This document shows, piece after piece, positions 1 through 10,826 of a DNA stretch of 19,167 nt; position 1 is the stretch's first letter, and each line of letters starts with the position of its first letter. The stretch covers positions 1 to 19,167 of the forward strand of contig NW_021824324.1 of the NCBI RefSeq assembly GCF_006345805.1, in the 5' to 3' direction. Made by a program: the position numbers and the translations under genes. This DNA comes from Octopus sinensis (lineage: Eukaryota). The notes under the pieces were generated by a model. The model ran no database searches, had not been told where the DNA came from, and saw only the letters and a program-made list of their open reading frames with translations.

Positions 1-1415
1 CTATGTTGATTCTGTTGCACGTCTGATCCCATCCTCTATGAGTTGAGATGGGTAATGCTGTCAATTAGGGTGTTTTTGAGTTCTTGCAGTCTAAAGTTAC
101 TGGTATTTTGTTCTGACACTATTGTGCATATCCTTCTTGCAAGGTTGAAGGGGATGTTTGTTTTAGTGTGTCTTGGGTGGCATGAATCAAAAAGAAGGTA
201 TTGTTTGGCGTCTGTGGCTTTGTAAAAAATGCCTGTTTCTATTTTAAGGTTATTTTTTAATTAGTATATCCAAGATGGGAGCTCCTTTTTGTTGTATTCC
301 ATTGTGAACTGTATATTTGGGTTTATGCTGTTCAATAGGTTTACAATTTAGGAGTTATGTGTTTCATTCCAGAGTATAAAACAATCGTCCAGGAATCGTT
401 TCCAATTCTCTCTTATGTATTGAGAGAGGGGGTTTCCAAAGATTGATAAAGATTCATGGTAAATGATTATTTCCAGGTAGCCCATTGTTAGGTTCGCAAT
501 GACTGGTGCTGCCTTGTACCCATAGCAATTCCGGATTTTTGACGGTAAAATGTATTGTCAAACATGAAGTGGTTATTATGTAGGATGAATTCAATTGATT
601 TAGTAATGAATTCTTTCTGATCCTTTTTGGTATTTCTTCCGGAAATTGGTCCAGCCAGAACTGTATTGCCTCTAGTCCATAATTATGAGGTATACTGGTA
701 TATAAGTTAACTACATCAAATGAGACCATGATTGTTTCTTCCATGGTTTTTTTTGGAAGGTGGTTTAACATATCTAGGTCATCACTGATATGGCTATCGA
801 TATGTTTAAGGAAGGGTTTCAGGAGGATGTCAATAAATAGACTTAGTCTCTGTGTTTCACAGGTTGGGCCAGCTACAATGGGTCGTAGTTTTAGGTCCCC
901 CGTGTTAGGTGTGTGTATGTATGTCTTTGGTGATTTTTTAATGGTTTCATTTATAATTTGGCTTTTATGAATTTTTGGCAGACCAGAGGCTAGGTTTGCA
1001 TTTAAAGTTTGTTAGAAAGTCAATCTCTTTGGTTGTTAGTTCCTTTTCATGGGTTTTAATTAGTGAAGATAGAGTTTTCATTATTTTTTGTGGGGTGTAG
1101 TTGGTGATTTTTTCATAATGTTGGTTGTCATCAAGCAAGGAAATTACAAGATTTCTATAGTATGATGTATCCATTATTACAACTGCACTTCCCTTGTCTG
1201 CTTCCTTAATGGTTATATCTTCATCATTTTGAAGTTCTATCAGTTCCTTCCATTGTGTAGTGTTAAAATTTGAGTTAACTGTCTGTTTATGTATAGTATG
1301 GTAGGGAAAGTTCTCAATGTGGTTACAGAATTCGTCAAGATCTTTATTTCTTCCTCTGTGGGGGATGTGTTCACTTTTGTTCTTGACTAGTGATTCATCT
1401 TCAGTATTGAAACTG
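1..1415 (-). mobile_element. Penelope-like retroelement (PLE), decayed reverse transcriptase ORF; runs off the window at position 1
   Basis: Joining minus-strand frames gives PLE RT motifs in the expected order: ITIKEADKGSAVVIMD, GLPKIHKS, LRPIVAGPTCET, VSFDVVNLYTSIP, YRQKSGIAMGT, WKRFLDDCF (about 384-398), LNSINPNIQFT, LLFDSCHPRHTKTNIPFNLARRICTI. There are frameshifts near 990, 600 and 510 and an in-frame stop. The 5' end is lost in the microsatellite at about 1416. Confidence 0.9.
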
Positions 1416-1494
1416 TATGTATATATATATACATACATATAAATACATATATATACATACATATATACACATACATATATAGATATACATACAT

Positions 1495-1527
<33 letters not shown>

Positions 1528-1790
1528 TTCATTTATATATATACATACATATACATATATCTATATACACATATATATACATATATGCATATATATACAC
1601 ACATACATATACATATATATAATATATACATATAATATATAAATATACATATATACACACATACATATATATATATATATTATATTATATATATATATAT
1701 TACACCAACTTACACACACACAGGTGCGTGTGTATCTGCAAGCGTGTATATGCGTCTGTGTGTCCGCGCGCACGCGTGTGCACTAGTAAG
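1416..1790. repeat. Compound (TA)n/(TACA)n/(CA)n/(TG)n microsatellite
   Basis: Directly visible simple repeats. Confidence 0.95.
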
Positions 1791-2238
1791 AGGTAGGAAT
1801 CTTATGCAACAGTAATGGTTTCGTTTAATCTGAAAATCCTATTGAATTTGATAAGAGCAGACAGAGAGAGAGAGAGAGGTTTACACATTGATTGTTCTCA
1901 TTGGATACACAGCGACTGTTTTCCATAGGAAATAATAAAAATGTGCAACATGGACGATAGAAACTAACCGCTTGATGTTTATTAAAACACTAGAGTAATG
2001 TAAATACCATAGAACCGTTATTGGATTGTTCGAGCACCGAGAAAGGCCTTTTATGTACGTCGCTAGACTTAGTGATCTCTTCCAAGTATGCGTGGAGGCA
2101 CGGAACGAGCGGAAGTTTGGATAGGAGGAAATGAAGAATGTTGGTAAAGTTCGATCATTTACAGTTGAATGACAAGTGACAGATATCGATATTTCGAAGG
2201 CGGAGAAAAATTTTACCTAACAAAATATATATATATAT

Positions 2239-2639
2239 ATACTACAAAATTAGAAAATGGAGAAACATACTTAAATCAATAAAACATCAACTATCAGATG
2301 ATACCCAATCAATACTTTATTACACCATTACATATCAGTAAAGGCATTATACAAAATATATAGTAATTGTAAATAGACAAAGAGATATAAGTATAAAATT
2401 TCAAATATAATATGTAAATGACTGCCCTCGCTGCCGAAACAGCTGTCAGATTTGATTTAATTACATATTATATTTGAAATTTTATACTTATATCTCTTTG
2501 TCTATTTACAATTACTATATATTTTGTATAATGCCTTTACTGATATGTAATGGTGTAATAAAGTATTGATTGGGTATCATCTGATAGTTGATGTTTTATT
2601 GATTTAAGTATGTTTCTCCATTTTCTAATTTTGTAGTAT
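2239..2639. repeat. Perfect inverted repeat: 179-bp arms (2239-2417, 2461-2639) with a 43-bp spacer
   Basis: Left arm atactacaaaattag...aatatgtaa is the reverse complement of right arm ttacatatt...ttgtagtat; no mismatch seen by eye. Confidence 0.95.
2436..2447 (+). ncRNA. 3' half of a minimal type I hammerhead motif (GAAAC-AGCT-GUC) in the palindrome spacer; 5' half missing
   Basis: GAAACAGCTGTC gives the GAAA box, a palindromic stem III (ACAGCUGU) and a GUC triplet. No intact CUGANGA box or stem I partner upstream. Confidence 0.4.
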
Positions 2640-2841
2640 TAATTTACGGTAATATTATTACCTTTACCCATATAATACAATAGATGAACTGATTGTTTGG
2701 CAATTTTTAACATCTATGTATTAGTCTTGTTGGGTACCTATCTAGCAGTATATTGGATATATGTTATCCCATGGTGGGTTGAATTTTCAACTCCTATCTA
2801 TTTTATATATATATTATAATATATATATATATATATATATA

Positions 2842-3248
2842 TTCTTTATTCTTTTATTTGTTTCAGTCATTTGATTGCGGCCATGCTGGAGCATCGCCTT
2901 TAGTCGAGCAAATGGACCCCAGGACTTATTCCTCGAAAGCCTAGTACTTATACTATCGGTCATATTATTGGCCGAACCGCTAAGTTATCAAGCGAGGATG
3001 GGGGGGGGGAACAAATACAGAGGCACATATATATACACACACACGCATACACACACACCACACACACACATACATATATATATATGACGGGATTCTTCCA
3101 GTTTCTGTCTACCAAATCCATTCACAGGGCTTTGGTCGGCCCGCGGCTATAGTAGAAGACACTTGCGCCAGGTGCCACGCGGTGGGACTGAACCTGGAAC
3201 TATGTGGTTGATAATCAAGCTAGTTACCGCACAGCTACTCCTGCGCCT
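2842..3248 (-). mobile_element. tRNA-derived SINE with internal microsatellite (family A), near full length
   Basis: Minus-strand head ggcgcaggagtagctgtgcggtaa...ggttcagtccc (A/B-box-like), internal (TA)/(TG) tract, tail ggccgcaatcaaatgactgaaacaaataaaagaat; homologous to 7012-7461 and 14921-15332. Confidence 0.85.
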
Positions 3249-3296
3249 GTGTGGTAAGTAGCTTGCTTACTAACCACATGGTTCCGAGTTCAGTCC
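3247..3296 (+). mobile_element. Isolated family A SINE head fragment, inverted relative to the adjacent copy
   Basis: ctgtgtggtaagtagcttgcttactaaccacatggttccgagttcagtcc matches the reverse complement of 3185-3234 at about 42/50. Confidence 0.8.
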
Positions 3297-3305
3297 AATT
3301 TTATA

Positions 3306-3367
3306 TAGAATTACCTGAGGTTTCTGCCTACAATGCCAAACACTTCTGGACAACTCGTCAGACTCTA
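3306..3367 (-). ncRNA. Type I hammerhead ribozyme motif (GUA site)
   Basis: Minus strand: uagagu-CUGACGA-[30 nt]-GAAA-cc-uca-gGUA-auucua. Stem I 6 bp with one G.U; stem III 3 bp; stem II weak with a G.A at 10.1-11.1. Confidence 0.65.
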
Positions 3368-3391
3368 TATTTTTTAAATTTTGTATTCATG

Positions 3392-3454
3392 TAGAGTCTG
3401 ACGAGCTGTCCACATGACCTTGGTTTTGTGGGTGCAAAACCTTGGGTAACTCTA
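3392..3454 (+). ncRNA. Type I hammerhead ribozyme motif with a G12A core change (probably inactive)
   Basis: uagagu-CUGACGA-gc..ccaca..ugugg..gc-AAAA-cc-uug-gGUA-acucua. Stem I perfect 6 bp, stem II closed by GC/GC, GAAA reads AAAA at 3436. Confidence 0.7.
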
Positions 3455-3576
3455 TATAAAATTTTATTGTTATATATATACATATAGCTGAAGGATTAAA
3501 ATTAATCAAAGGACTTACTAAGTATGTCTACCTCTTCGTATGTATCTTCTCATTAATTATTTGCTCCGTAATGAAG

Positions 3577-3612
<36 letters not shown>

Positions 3613-3614
<2 letters not shown>

Positions 3615-3749
3615 GACAGACATTTCACTCAGAATGTACTGGTTGACCCGGGGCAATAGTAGAAGTCAATCGCCAAGGTGCTGCCACGTAGGTGGACTGA
3701 ACCCGAAACCTCGTGATAGTATAATGAGATTCTTAACCACAGAGCCACG
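3613..3749 (-). mobile_element. Diverged SINE head fragment related to family A
   Basis: gggcaatagtagaag...gccaaggtg...ggactgaaccc...aaccacagagccac aligns with the heads at 3140-3240 and 7350-7455. Confidence 0.7.
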
Positions 3750-3899
3750 TAAATGGTAATGTATTAAAGACGGTGTTCGTTTAGACACGTCTGTTAGAGA
3801 CGTATGCAAGTTGTACACCATAGCAAAAAGTTTCCAGCAGAGCTGACTTGATTCTCAATTCTCGTTATAATATATTGCTGCGATTTTGATTAGATCTCT

Positions 3900-4228
3900 T
3901 AGACTTAGACTCCGCCGGTTACGACGACGAGGGTCCCAGCTGATACGATCAACGGAACAGCTTGCTCGTGAAATTAACGTGCAAATGGCTGAGCATTCCA
4001 CAGACACGTGTACCCTTAACGTAGTTCTCGGGGATAATCAGCGTGACACAGAGAGTGACAAGGCTGACCCTTTGAAATACAAGTACAACTCATTTTTGCC
4101 AGCTGAGTGGACTGGAGCAACGTGAAATAAAGTGTCTTGCTCAAGGACACAACGCGTCGCCGGGAATCGAACTCACAACCTTACGATCATGAGCCGAATG
4201 CCCTAACCACTAAGCCACGCGCCCTCAC
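3900..4228 (-). mobile_element. tRNA-derived SINE (family B)
   Basis: Minus-strand A box tggcttagtggttagg, B box gagttcgattccc, CORE-like gtgtccttgagcaagacactt, short agtcta-repeat tail. Confidence 0.85.
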
Positions 4229-5158
4229 TTTGATTAGATAGATGAAAACGGTTTCACTTTAAATACCAACATAAACATCAACATAGAGCAGGGTAATATC
4301 CCAAATCCAGAATAATTATCACCTGCGCAGTGGTGTATTACAAGTTAATAGCTACGGTTAAGATGAACTAACTTATAGATGTACATGGCAGTTTATCATT
4401 TCGTTCTTTCGTTAAAATATTCTGCACGCATAAAGTTGATTAAGACGGACAAAGAGAAAAGTGTAAACGGAAAGTGAAGTTCGTTTCGGTAGAGATAAAT
4501 CAGGATATAAGGTAATCAGCGTGTTATTCTCAACTGTAAAGGGCAACAAAGACAACTGAACAGAATTGCTTAAATTGAGGGGTTATCTGTTTCGTTTTAG
4601 TCATTTATCACGAAGACAACTACGAGGGAATTCTGTCAGATATATAAGAAATATCTGGAACGGGAATGAAAACTAGAATCATTTGTGTTTAATGTAATCG
4701 CATCCATCTCATTTCAACTTTCTTTTATCTCTCTTTCTTTCCCACTCTCTATTTTTCTCTCTTTTGTTTTTTTTTTGTTTTTTGTATCTCTCACTCTCTT
4801 TGACTTTCCCTAACATTCATACTTGTACACAAATAACATCATATTAATTGTTAGGTGCGCTTTAAAACAAAAAAGAAATGCCGAGCACTCTTGATTCGGC
4901 ATGTAAATGTGTTAGTTGTAAATCAAAGTTAAACAACTTTCAGGACATTAGTTGCTGGAAAAATATTCCCTGTTCCATGTTCATGTAAATTATACAGGAT
5001 GACTCGTCGAAGAATGAAACCATGAATTCCGAACCAACTCAGTTCTGTAGACGCTTAATAACCATTGTACAATGCTTGTATACATTTCTACCAATTGTCT
5101 TCATAGAAATAGCACAATTCATATATTATCTTTTGCAGTAAGGAATTGAGCTGGCAGA

Positions 5159-5346
5159 AGGCGGCGAGGTGGCAGAAACGTTAGCAGTATTTCGTCTGTC
5201 TTTACGTTCTGAGTTCAAGTTACGCCGAGGTCGACTTTGCCTTTCATCCTTTCGGGGTCGATATATTAAGTACCAGTTGCGTACTGGGGTCGATCTCATC
5301 GACTGGCCCTTTCCCAAAAATTTCGGGCCTTGCGCCTAGAGTAGAA
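5159..5346 (+). mobile_element. tRNA-derived SINE with Nin/Deu-like central domain (family C), flanked by a 19-bp target-site duplication
   Basis: Head ggcggcgaggtggcagaaacgttagc, B box gagttcaagtt, central gtcgactttgcctttcatcctttcggggtcgat; TSD aaggaattga(g/t)ctggcaga at 5140-5158 and 5347-5365. Confidence 0.88.
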
Positions 5347-5560
5347 AAGGAATTGATCTGGCAGACCCATTAACACGTTGCAGCAAATGCTTAGCGACAT
5401 TTAGTCCATCTTTATATTCTCAGGATAAATTCCACTGTGATCGACTTTGCCTTTCATCTAATCGTGGTCGATAAAATAAGTACCAACTGAACAAGAGGGT
5501 CGCCGTAATCGGCTTTCACCGCCCCCAAAATTGCTGGTTTTGTGCAAAGATTTGAAACCA
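5347..5560 (+). mobile_element. Older, diverged family C SINE whose head was the insertion target of the copy upstream
   Basis: atgcttagcg...atcgactttgcctttcatc...gtcgataaaataagtacc...cccccaaaattgctgg aligns with 5159-5346. Confidence 0.8.
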
Positions 5561-6130
5561 AAACATCATTGTTTAGATTGAAATGATATTTGCTTTTTGA
5601 AAAGATCAGAGTTTGTGTTACAATACAAACAGAAATTTGTCATAATAATCTGTTTACGATCAAATTAATTTATCTTGACGTAATTAGCGATAATAATTAT
5701 ATTACTGATTTTTTAAAAATATTTGTTGCCCATTGAAAGCACTATAAATTTTAATTTATTACTAAACTTTATCTTCGAATATCATCATAAATCTGAAGGT
5801 TTCGTATTGTTAATATTTGTAAAAATAATAATGGCGATGAAAATTTATGTATTTATAATAAAGATTTATTAGAAATACTAATATTATTGTATGAATCACT
5901 ATCATTATTATATGAATTAGCTATTTTTCTGAACACAGTTCTGTACCCCTTGGCTACGTCTTGTGCTCTTTTCGTGTTCCACATTCCGTGTTTTCTGATG
6001 TGCTGAAATTATTAAAGGTGATATGTAACGCCAAGAAACGTTACTCTCCGTTACTAATACGTATAAGTCCCAATTTTCTGGTTACGTATCTTTCTACACA
6101 TTTTTAATCATGGCCAGAACATCTATTACT

Positions 6131-6383
6131 TATTTATTTCTTATTTCTTATTTCTTTACTGCCCACAAGGGACTACACACAGACAGGACAAACAAGGACA
6201 GACAAAGGGATTAAGTCGATTATATCGACCCCAGTGCGTAACTGGTACTTATGTAATCGACCCCGAAAGGATGAAAGGCAAAGTCGACCTCGGTGGAATT
6301 TGAACTCAGAAAATAACGGCAGACGAAATACCGCTAAGCATTTCTCCCGGCGTGCTAACGTTTCTGCCAGCTCACCGCTCAGG
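6131..6383 (-). mobile_element. Family C SINE with an alternative 3' tail and a 12-bp TSD
   Basis: Same head and central domain as 5159-5346 on the minus strand; tail ends cttgtgggcagtaaagaaataagaaataag; TSD acatctattact at 6119-6130 and 6384-6395. Confidence 0.88.
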
Positions 6384-6469
6384 ACATCTATTACTATTGG
6401 GATACTGTCTCTGCGAACAGGTGTATTCAAGAATATTGCCATTTCAAAATGTTTCTTGGTATACCCTTG

Positions 6470-6690
6470 TATAAGGGTCCGCTGAAAAGTTCCTGTCCGA
6501 GGATAAAGAAAAATACAGGAGGATCAGTTAATTATGACTCCATTCAACATAATCCCCTCTCAGACTCACACACTTAATGCAGCAGGCCTTCTGTTTTTCG
6601 AAGCCCTGTAAAATAACTCTGATCGTTGAACCTCCGACAAGGTGTTTCGCGTCACCCTTAAAGCCAGGAACTTTACAACACGCCTTGGTA
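6470..6690 (-). mobile_element. Mariner/Tc1-derived MITE retaining the transposase C-terminal tip
   Basis: Imperfect TIRs (gctgaaaagttcctg / caggaactttacaac) with TA at both ends; minus frame GFEKQKACCIKCVSLRGDYVE resembles the mariner C-terminal motif W.KC....GDY.E. Confidence 0.75.
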
Positions 6691-7011
6691 CCGCCATCTT
6701 CGATTTCTATTTCAAAATGATAAAAGACTTTCACTGCATGAAAACCCAACTGTGCCGTGTGTGTATATTGATGTTGTTTTGACTGAAAATGGGCAGTCTC
6801 GTACATTGTAGCTATTTTTTTCTTCCCAGCCGCCAAATAACACGATTCATTTAATGCATTCTGCAATCTCATAACCGGAGGCTCTTGTTGAAAACTACGT
6901 ACAATAATAATTATAGAGATACTTTTCATTAAAATGAGATAATGAAATAAAAAAACAGAAATGTCAGCAATAAACCTGAAACAGCAAAATACATTTAGGT
7001 CTTTGTAAATA

Positions 7012-7461
7012 TATTCTTTTATTTGTTTCAGTCATTTGACTGCGGCCATGCTCGAGCACCGCCTTTAGTCGAACAAATCGACCCTAAGAAAGACTTTATT
7101 CTTTGTAAGTCTAGCACTTATTTTATTGGTTCCTTTTGACGAAACGCTACTTACGGGGATGTAAACACACCAGCATTGATTGTCAAGCGATGGTGGGTGA
7201 CAAACATGAACACACAACACACACACATAGATACACACATACGCACACACACACACAAACATACATACACACATATATATATATATACATATATATACGA
7301 CAGGCTTCTTTCAGTTTCCGTCTACCAAATCCACTCACAAGGTCTTGGTCGGACCGAGGCTACAGTAGACGACACTCGCCCAAGGTTCCACACAGTGGGA
7401 CTGAACCCAGAACAATGTGGTTGTTAAGCAGCCTACTTACCACATAGCCACTCCTATACCT
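7012..7461 (-). mobile_element. Family A SINE, full length, internal (CA)/(TA) tract
   Basis: Colinear with 2842-3248 and 14921-15332. Confidence 0.88.
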
Positions 7462-7856
7462 GTATGACTGTACAAATTTTATACCTCTGATATCAATATG
7501 AGGGTTTGGACTAAGAGTTGTGCCTAGGTCACTTTCGAAAGAAGCACATTAAACAAGTCAACAACATCCATGGAAATTATCTAACTGTAAAAGGAACTGG
7601 AAATAGGAAGGATATATGCGTGAGGATAAGAGAACGTACACAGATCTAGCGAGCAGGCATAGGGGAAGTAAACTGTAGAAATACTTTAGTCGGATAATGG
7701 TGATTCTAAAAGGGGGTTGAAAATTGAAATAAGATCAGTGTCCATTGTGTCAGCTGGGTCATGAAGCAAAAGATTTCATGTCATACACAGAAAGATGGAA
7801 TATGGAAAAATACAAGCGAAACAACACTATCACCAATATTTACAAGAGATTGAAGG

Positions 7857-8094
<238 letters not shown>

Positions 8095-8217
8095 TTAGTG
8101 CATTCTTAAATATTTCAACTGCAGCTAAATGAGTTGTGTATTAATTCCGAATCAAATTGTTTGTGTATGTGTTTGCATGTGTGCATACAGATATGTATAC
8201 GTATGTCTATTTATGTT

Positions 8218-8451
8218 TTCGATTTTGACGATGGCAGTCGAAGTAGATAAAGCTATGAATAATAGCGTTATATAGCGGGTTAAAAACCACTTTGGATAAG
8301 AAAAATCGACGGATACATGAGCGAGACGAAACAACATCTTTTGTAAACATGACAGACTTCGACATTTTCTATGCAAAAGACTTTTTAAACCAATATTTGC
8401 ACGCTATTATTTGAAGCTTTATCTACATACAGTTCAACCACTCAAATCGAA
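8218..8451. repeat. Degenerate fold-back element (MITE-like), arms about 100 bp
   Basis: gtagataaagct..aataatagcgt..taaaaa (8243-8290) mirrored by tttttaaac..acgctattatt..agctttatctac (8382-8426); ttcgattt/aaatcgaa at the outer ends. Confidence 0.6.
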
Positions 8452-8489
8452 TTATTTCATGTTCTCGAAGCTTCTTAATATTTTTGACG

Positions 8490-8723
8490 TAAACAGAATA
8501 TATATGTGTGTGTGTGTGTGTACATATGTACATACATACATAACTATACAAATATACTTATATAAATATACCAATATATATATGCCTATATATATGTATA
8601 TATATATATTCATGTATTAATACATTTATATATCCATATGTATGCATATATAATATATATATATATATGTATGTATATATATATATATATGTGTATATAT
8701 TGCTGTGTGTGTATGTATGTATG

Positions 8724-8774
<51 letters not shown>

Positions 8775-8775
8775 T
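8490..8775. repeat. (TA)n/(TG)n microsatellite cluster
   Basis: Directly visible. Confidence 0.9.
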
Positions 8776-9220
8776 CATATTCATTTCATTTCATCTTTAT
8801 CAGTCAAAACTAAGTGATAACCTCGTAAGCACAAAAAATATAAATAATCGTAAGAAAGCAAACGTTTTGATGTGGATTCCATTAGACGCGTTCATTTCTT
8901 TAATGGCTGCCATTATTTTTACATCCAATGCAAATGATGTCAGATAATATGCCATGTTGCTATGTATAATTAATTCAGAAACAGTAAAGTATAGAATCAT
9001 ATTTGATTAAATAATCTAATAACAATTTGAAGGTGACAATTTACTAATATAACAAGAATAATTTTAACATTAGAACCTGTCTTAAAACTATATATCATTA
9101 CATAAGACAAAATGTTATATAACTTCTTTCCGACAACTTCTCTAAATCCAGTAAGTGCAATATTGCATTCAATCAAAACTTTAATACAATTTTCTTCCTG
9201 CTTGATAATACAGACTTTTA

Positions 9221-9418
9221 GTGGCGAGTTAGCAGAATCGCAAGAACGTCCGGTAAAATCTTCAGTTGTATTTCTTACAGCTCATTAGGTTTTCCGTTCA
9301 AATTCCTCGCAGGGCGACTTTGTCGTCCCATGACCTCCACGTCGATGAAATAAAGTAACAGTCAAGTACTGGTGTCGGTTCATCAACTATCCCTTTTCTA
9401 AAATTGCTGACCCTGTAC
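9221..9418 (+). mobile_element. Highly diverged family C SINE
   Basis: ggcgagttagcagaatcg...gttcaaattcc...gcgactttg...gtcgatgaaataaagta...aaaattgctgaccctgt retains the family C layout. Confidence 0.65.
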
Positions 9419-10185
9419 CGAATTCTGTGATAATAATTTGTGGAGTAATGTCGAAAAGTTGCTATCACGTGCAATATGGATCCGGTGATCAGCCGACTTC
9501 ATCGTAAACATCAGCCAACCACCTTACTTGGTTGCTCTGGACTGCACTCGAACTTCATTAGAAAATTTGTTTGTTAGAACTGTTTGTTAATTGTCTTTAT
9601 ACATTATTATTTACAATTCTATGTAAATCTTCACTCTCCTTTGTCTGTCTATAGTTCTGAATCTTTTGAGAGTCGAACTGAAAATTCAAGGATCGACATG
9701 GAATTAAGCCTACAAGCAAAGATAAACGAACGTGTTAAATAAAACTGTACGCAGAAGTATTTTATTCAACGATGCTTAACGTGCCTTTAATTTATTCCAG
9801 CTTGGCAAAGCTTTGCGCACACCAGCAGATGTATCATTTCCTGTACTAATATAAGAACGTATCTGGTGAACCATAAGGTCGCAGAAATGCGCGCGTGCTA
9901 CGGTCCCGTAATATCATTCACAAAAAACAAATTATCGGGAGACATACGGAGAACAAAATCGCGCGATCATAAAACACTACGCACATAGCGCACTGCAAAC
10001 TCGCTCATATTCAGAGAGCTGCAATCAAGAAACGAGACAAGGAGGAAAAATGCGACACGGTATAGGAGCATTTTTCAAAACTTGGAACAAGTTCATTTGT
10101 ATTACCATTTAAATATTTCGATATGCCCTATAACAAATCAGGCTGTCATCATTTTGGGCGATGACACTAACTCATATATATATAC

Positions 10186-10244
<59 letters not shown>

Positions 10245-10246
10245 AA

Positions 10247-10826
10247 ATTTAAATAATGAGTGAGATAAATTAATATTAATTTTAATATCAATTTAAAACC
10301 AGTAGTCTAGCATACACAAAATCTGAGAAGTCAGAGAAAATTCTAATATATGTGTATATTGGCAGGGCAAGACTGCTAGGTAGTCGGCCGTATGCTAGAA
10401 ATAGATCATCAACGATCAAACTACAAAGGAAATTCTCTAGAGGAAACATTCAGCGAACACCAGAACCAAATTTGGCGGGCAGGACAGATGAAGATTTATA
10501 TAAAAAACAGAATTAAATGCATACCTCGGTTTCGGCCTTTAACAAAAGAATTACTTACATAATTCAAATGTCCGTGGCTTCATCAGTGCATTCGTTCAGT
10601 GTAAATGCAATTCGCAAAACTAACCCCAGCTTTCTGTGCCAAGACAGACACGTGCTTAGTTTTACCGATTACATTAGGGATAAAATTTCAAATGTCTTGG
10701 TTCCGGCGCGCTAAGAAATTCCTGAAGCGAAGAACTGCAGTAAATAATTCACTGCGGTTAGTGCTTGCTACTAGAGAACGTATTTATTTCAATATTTAAA
10801 TAATGAGAGAGATAAATTAATATTAA

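Larger units (their letters stand above)
3297..3463. repeat. Imperfect inverted repeat, arms about 70 bp (3297-3367, 3392-3463), each carrying a hammerhead motif
   Basis: Outer aattttatatag/ctatataaaatt and inner ctcgtcagactcta/tagagtctgacgag are exact reverse complements; the arm middles are diverged. Confidence 0.85.

Noticed and set aside
3900-4228. tRNA gene
   Set aside because: The head has A/B boxes but runs into SINE core and tail; no complete cloverleaf acceptor stem was evident.
4999-5140. Possible coding exon after tatacag (DDSSKNE...FLPIVFIEIAQFIYYLLQ*)
   Set aside because: Short, no recognisable domain, no supporting neighbouring exons; compatible with chance.
6691-6701. YY1-like site CCGCCATCTT
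   Set aside because: Single short motif at a transposon boundary with no other promoter evidence.
3886-7447. ORFs at 3886, 5126, 6173, 6234, 7065, 7136 and 7176
   Set aside because: They overlap SINE copies; similar peptides recur wherever the SINE recurs.
8152-8376. Hydrophobic 74-aa ORF
   Set aside because: Lies in an AT-rich fold-back element and ends in microsatellite.
10690-10790. Minus-frame NRSELF as a PLE ORF C-terminal remnant
   Set aside because: Only a 4-residue resemblance to the LNKRSEL motif; insufficient.
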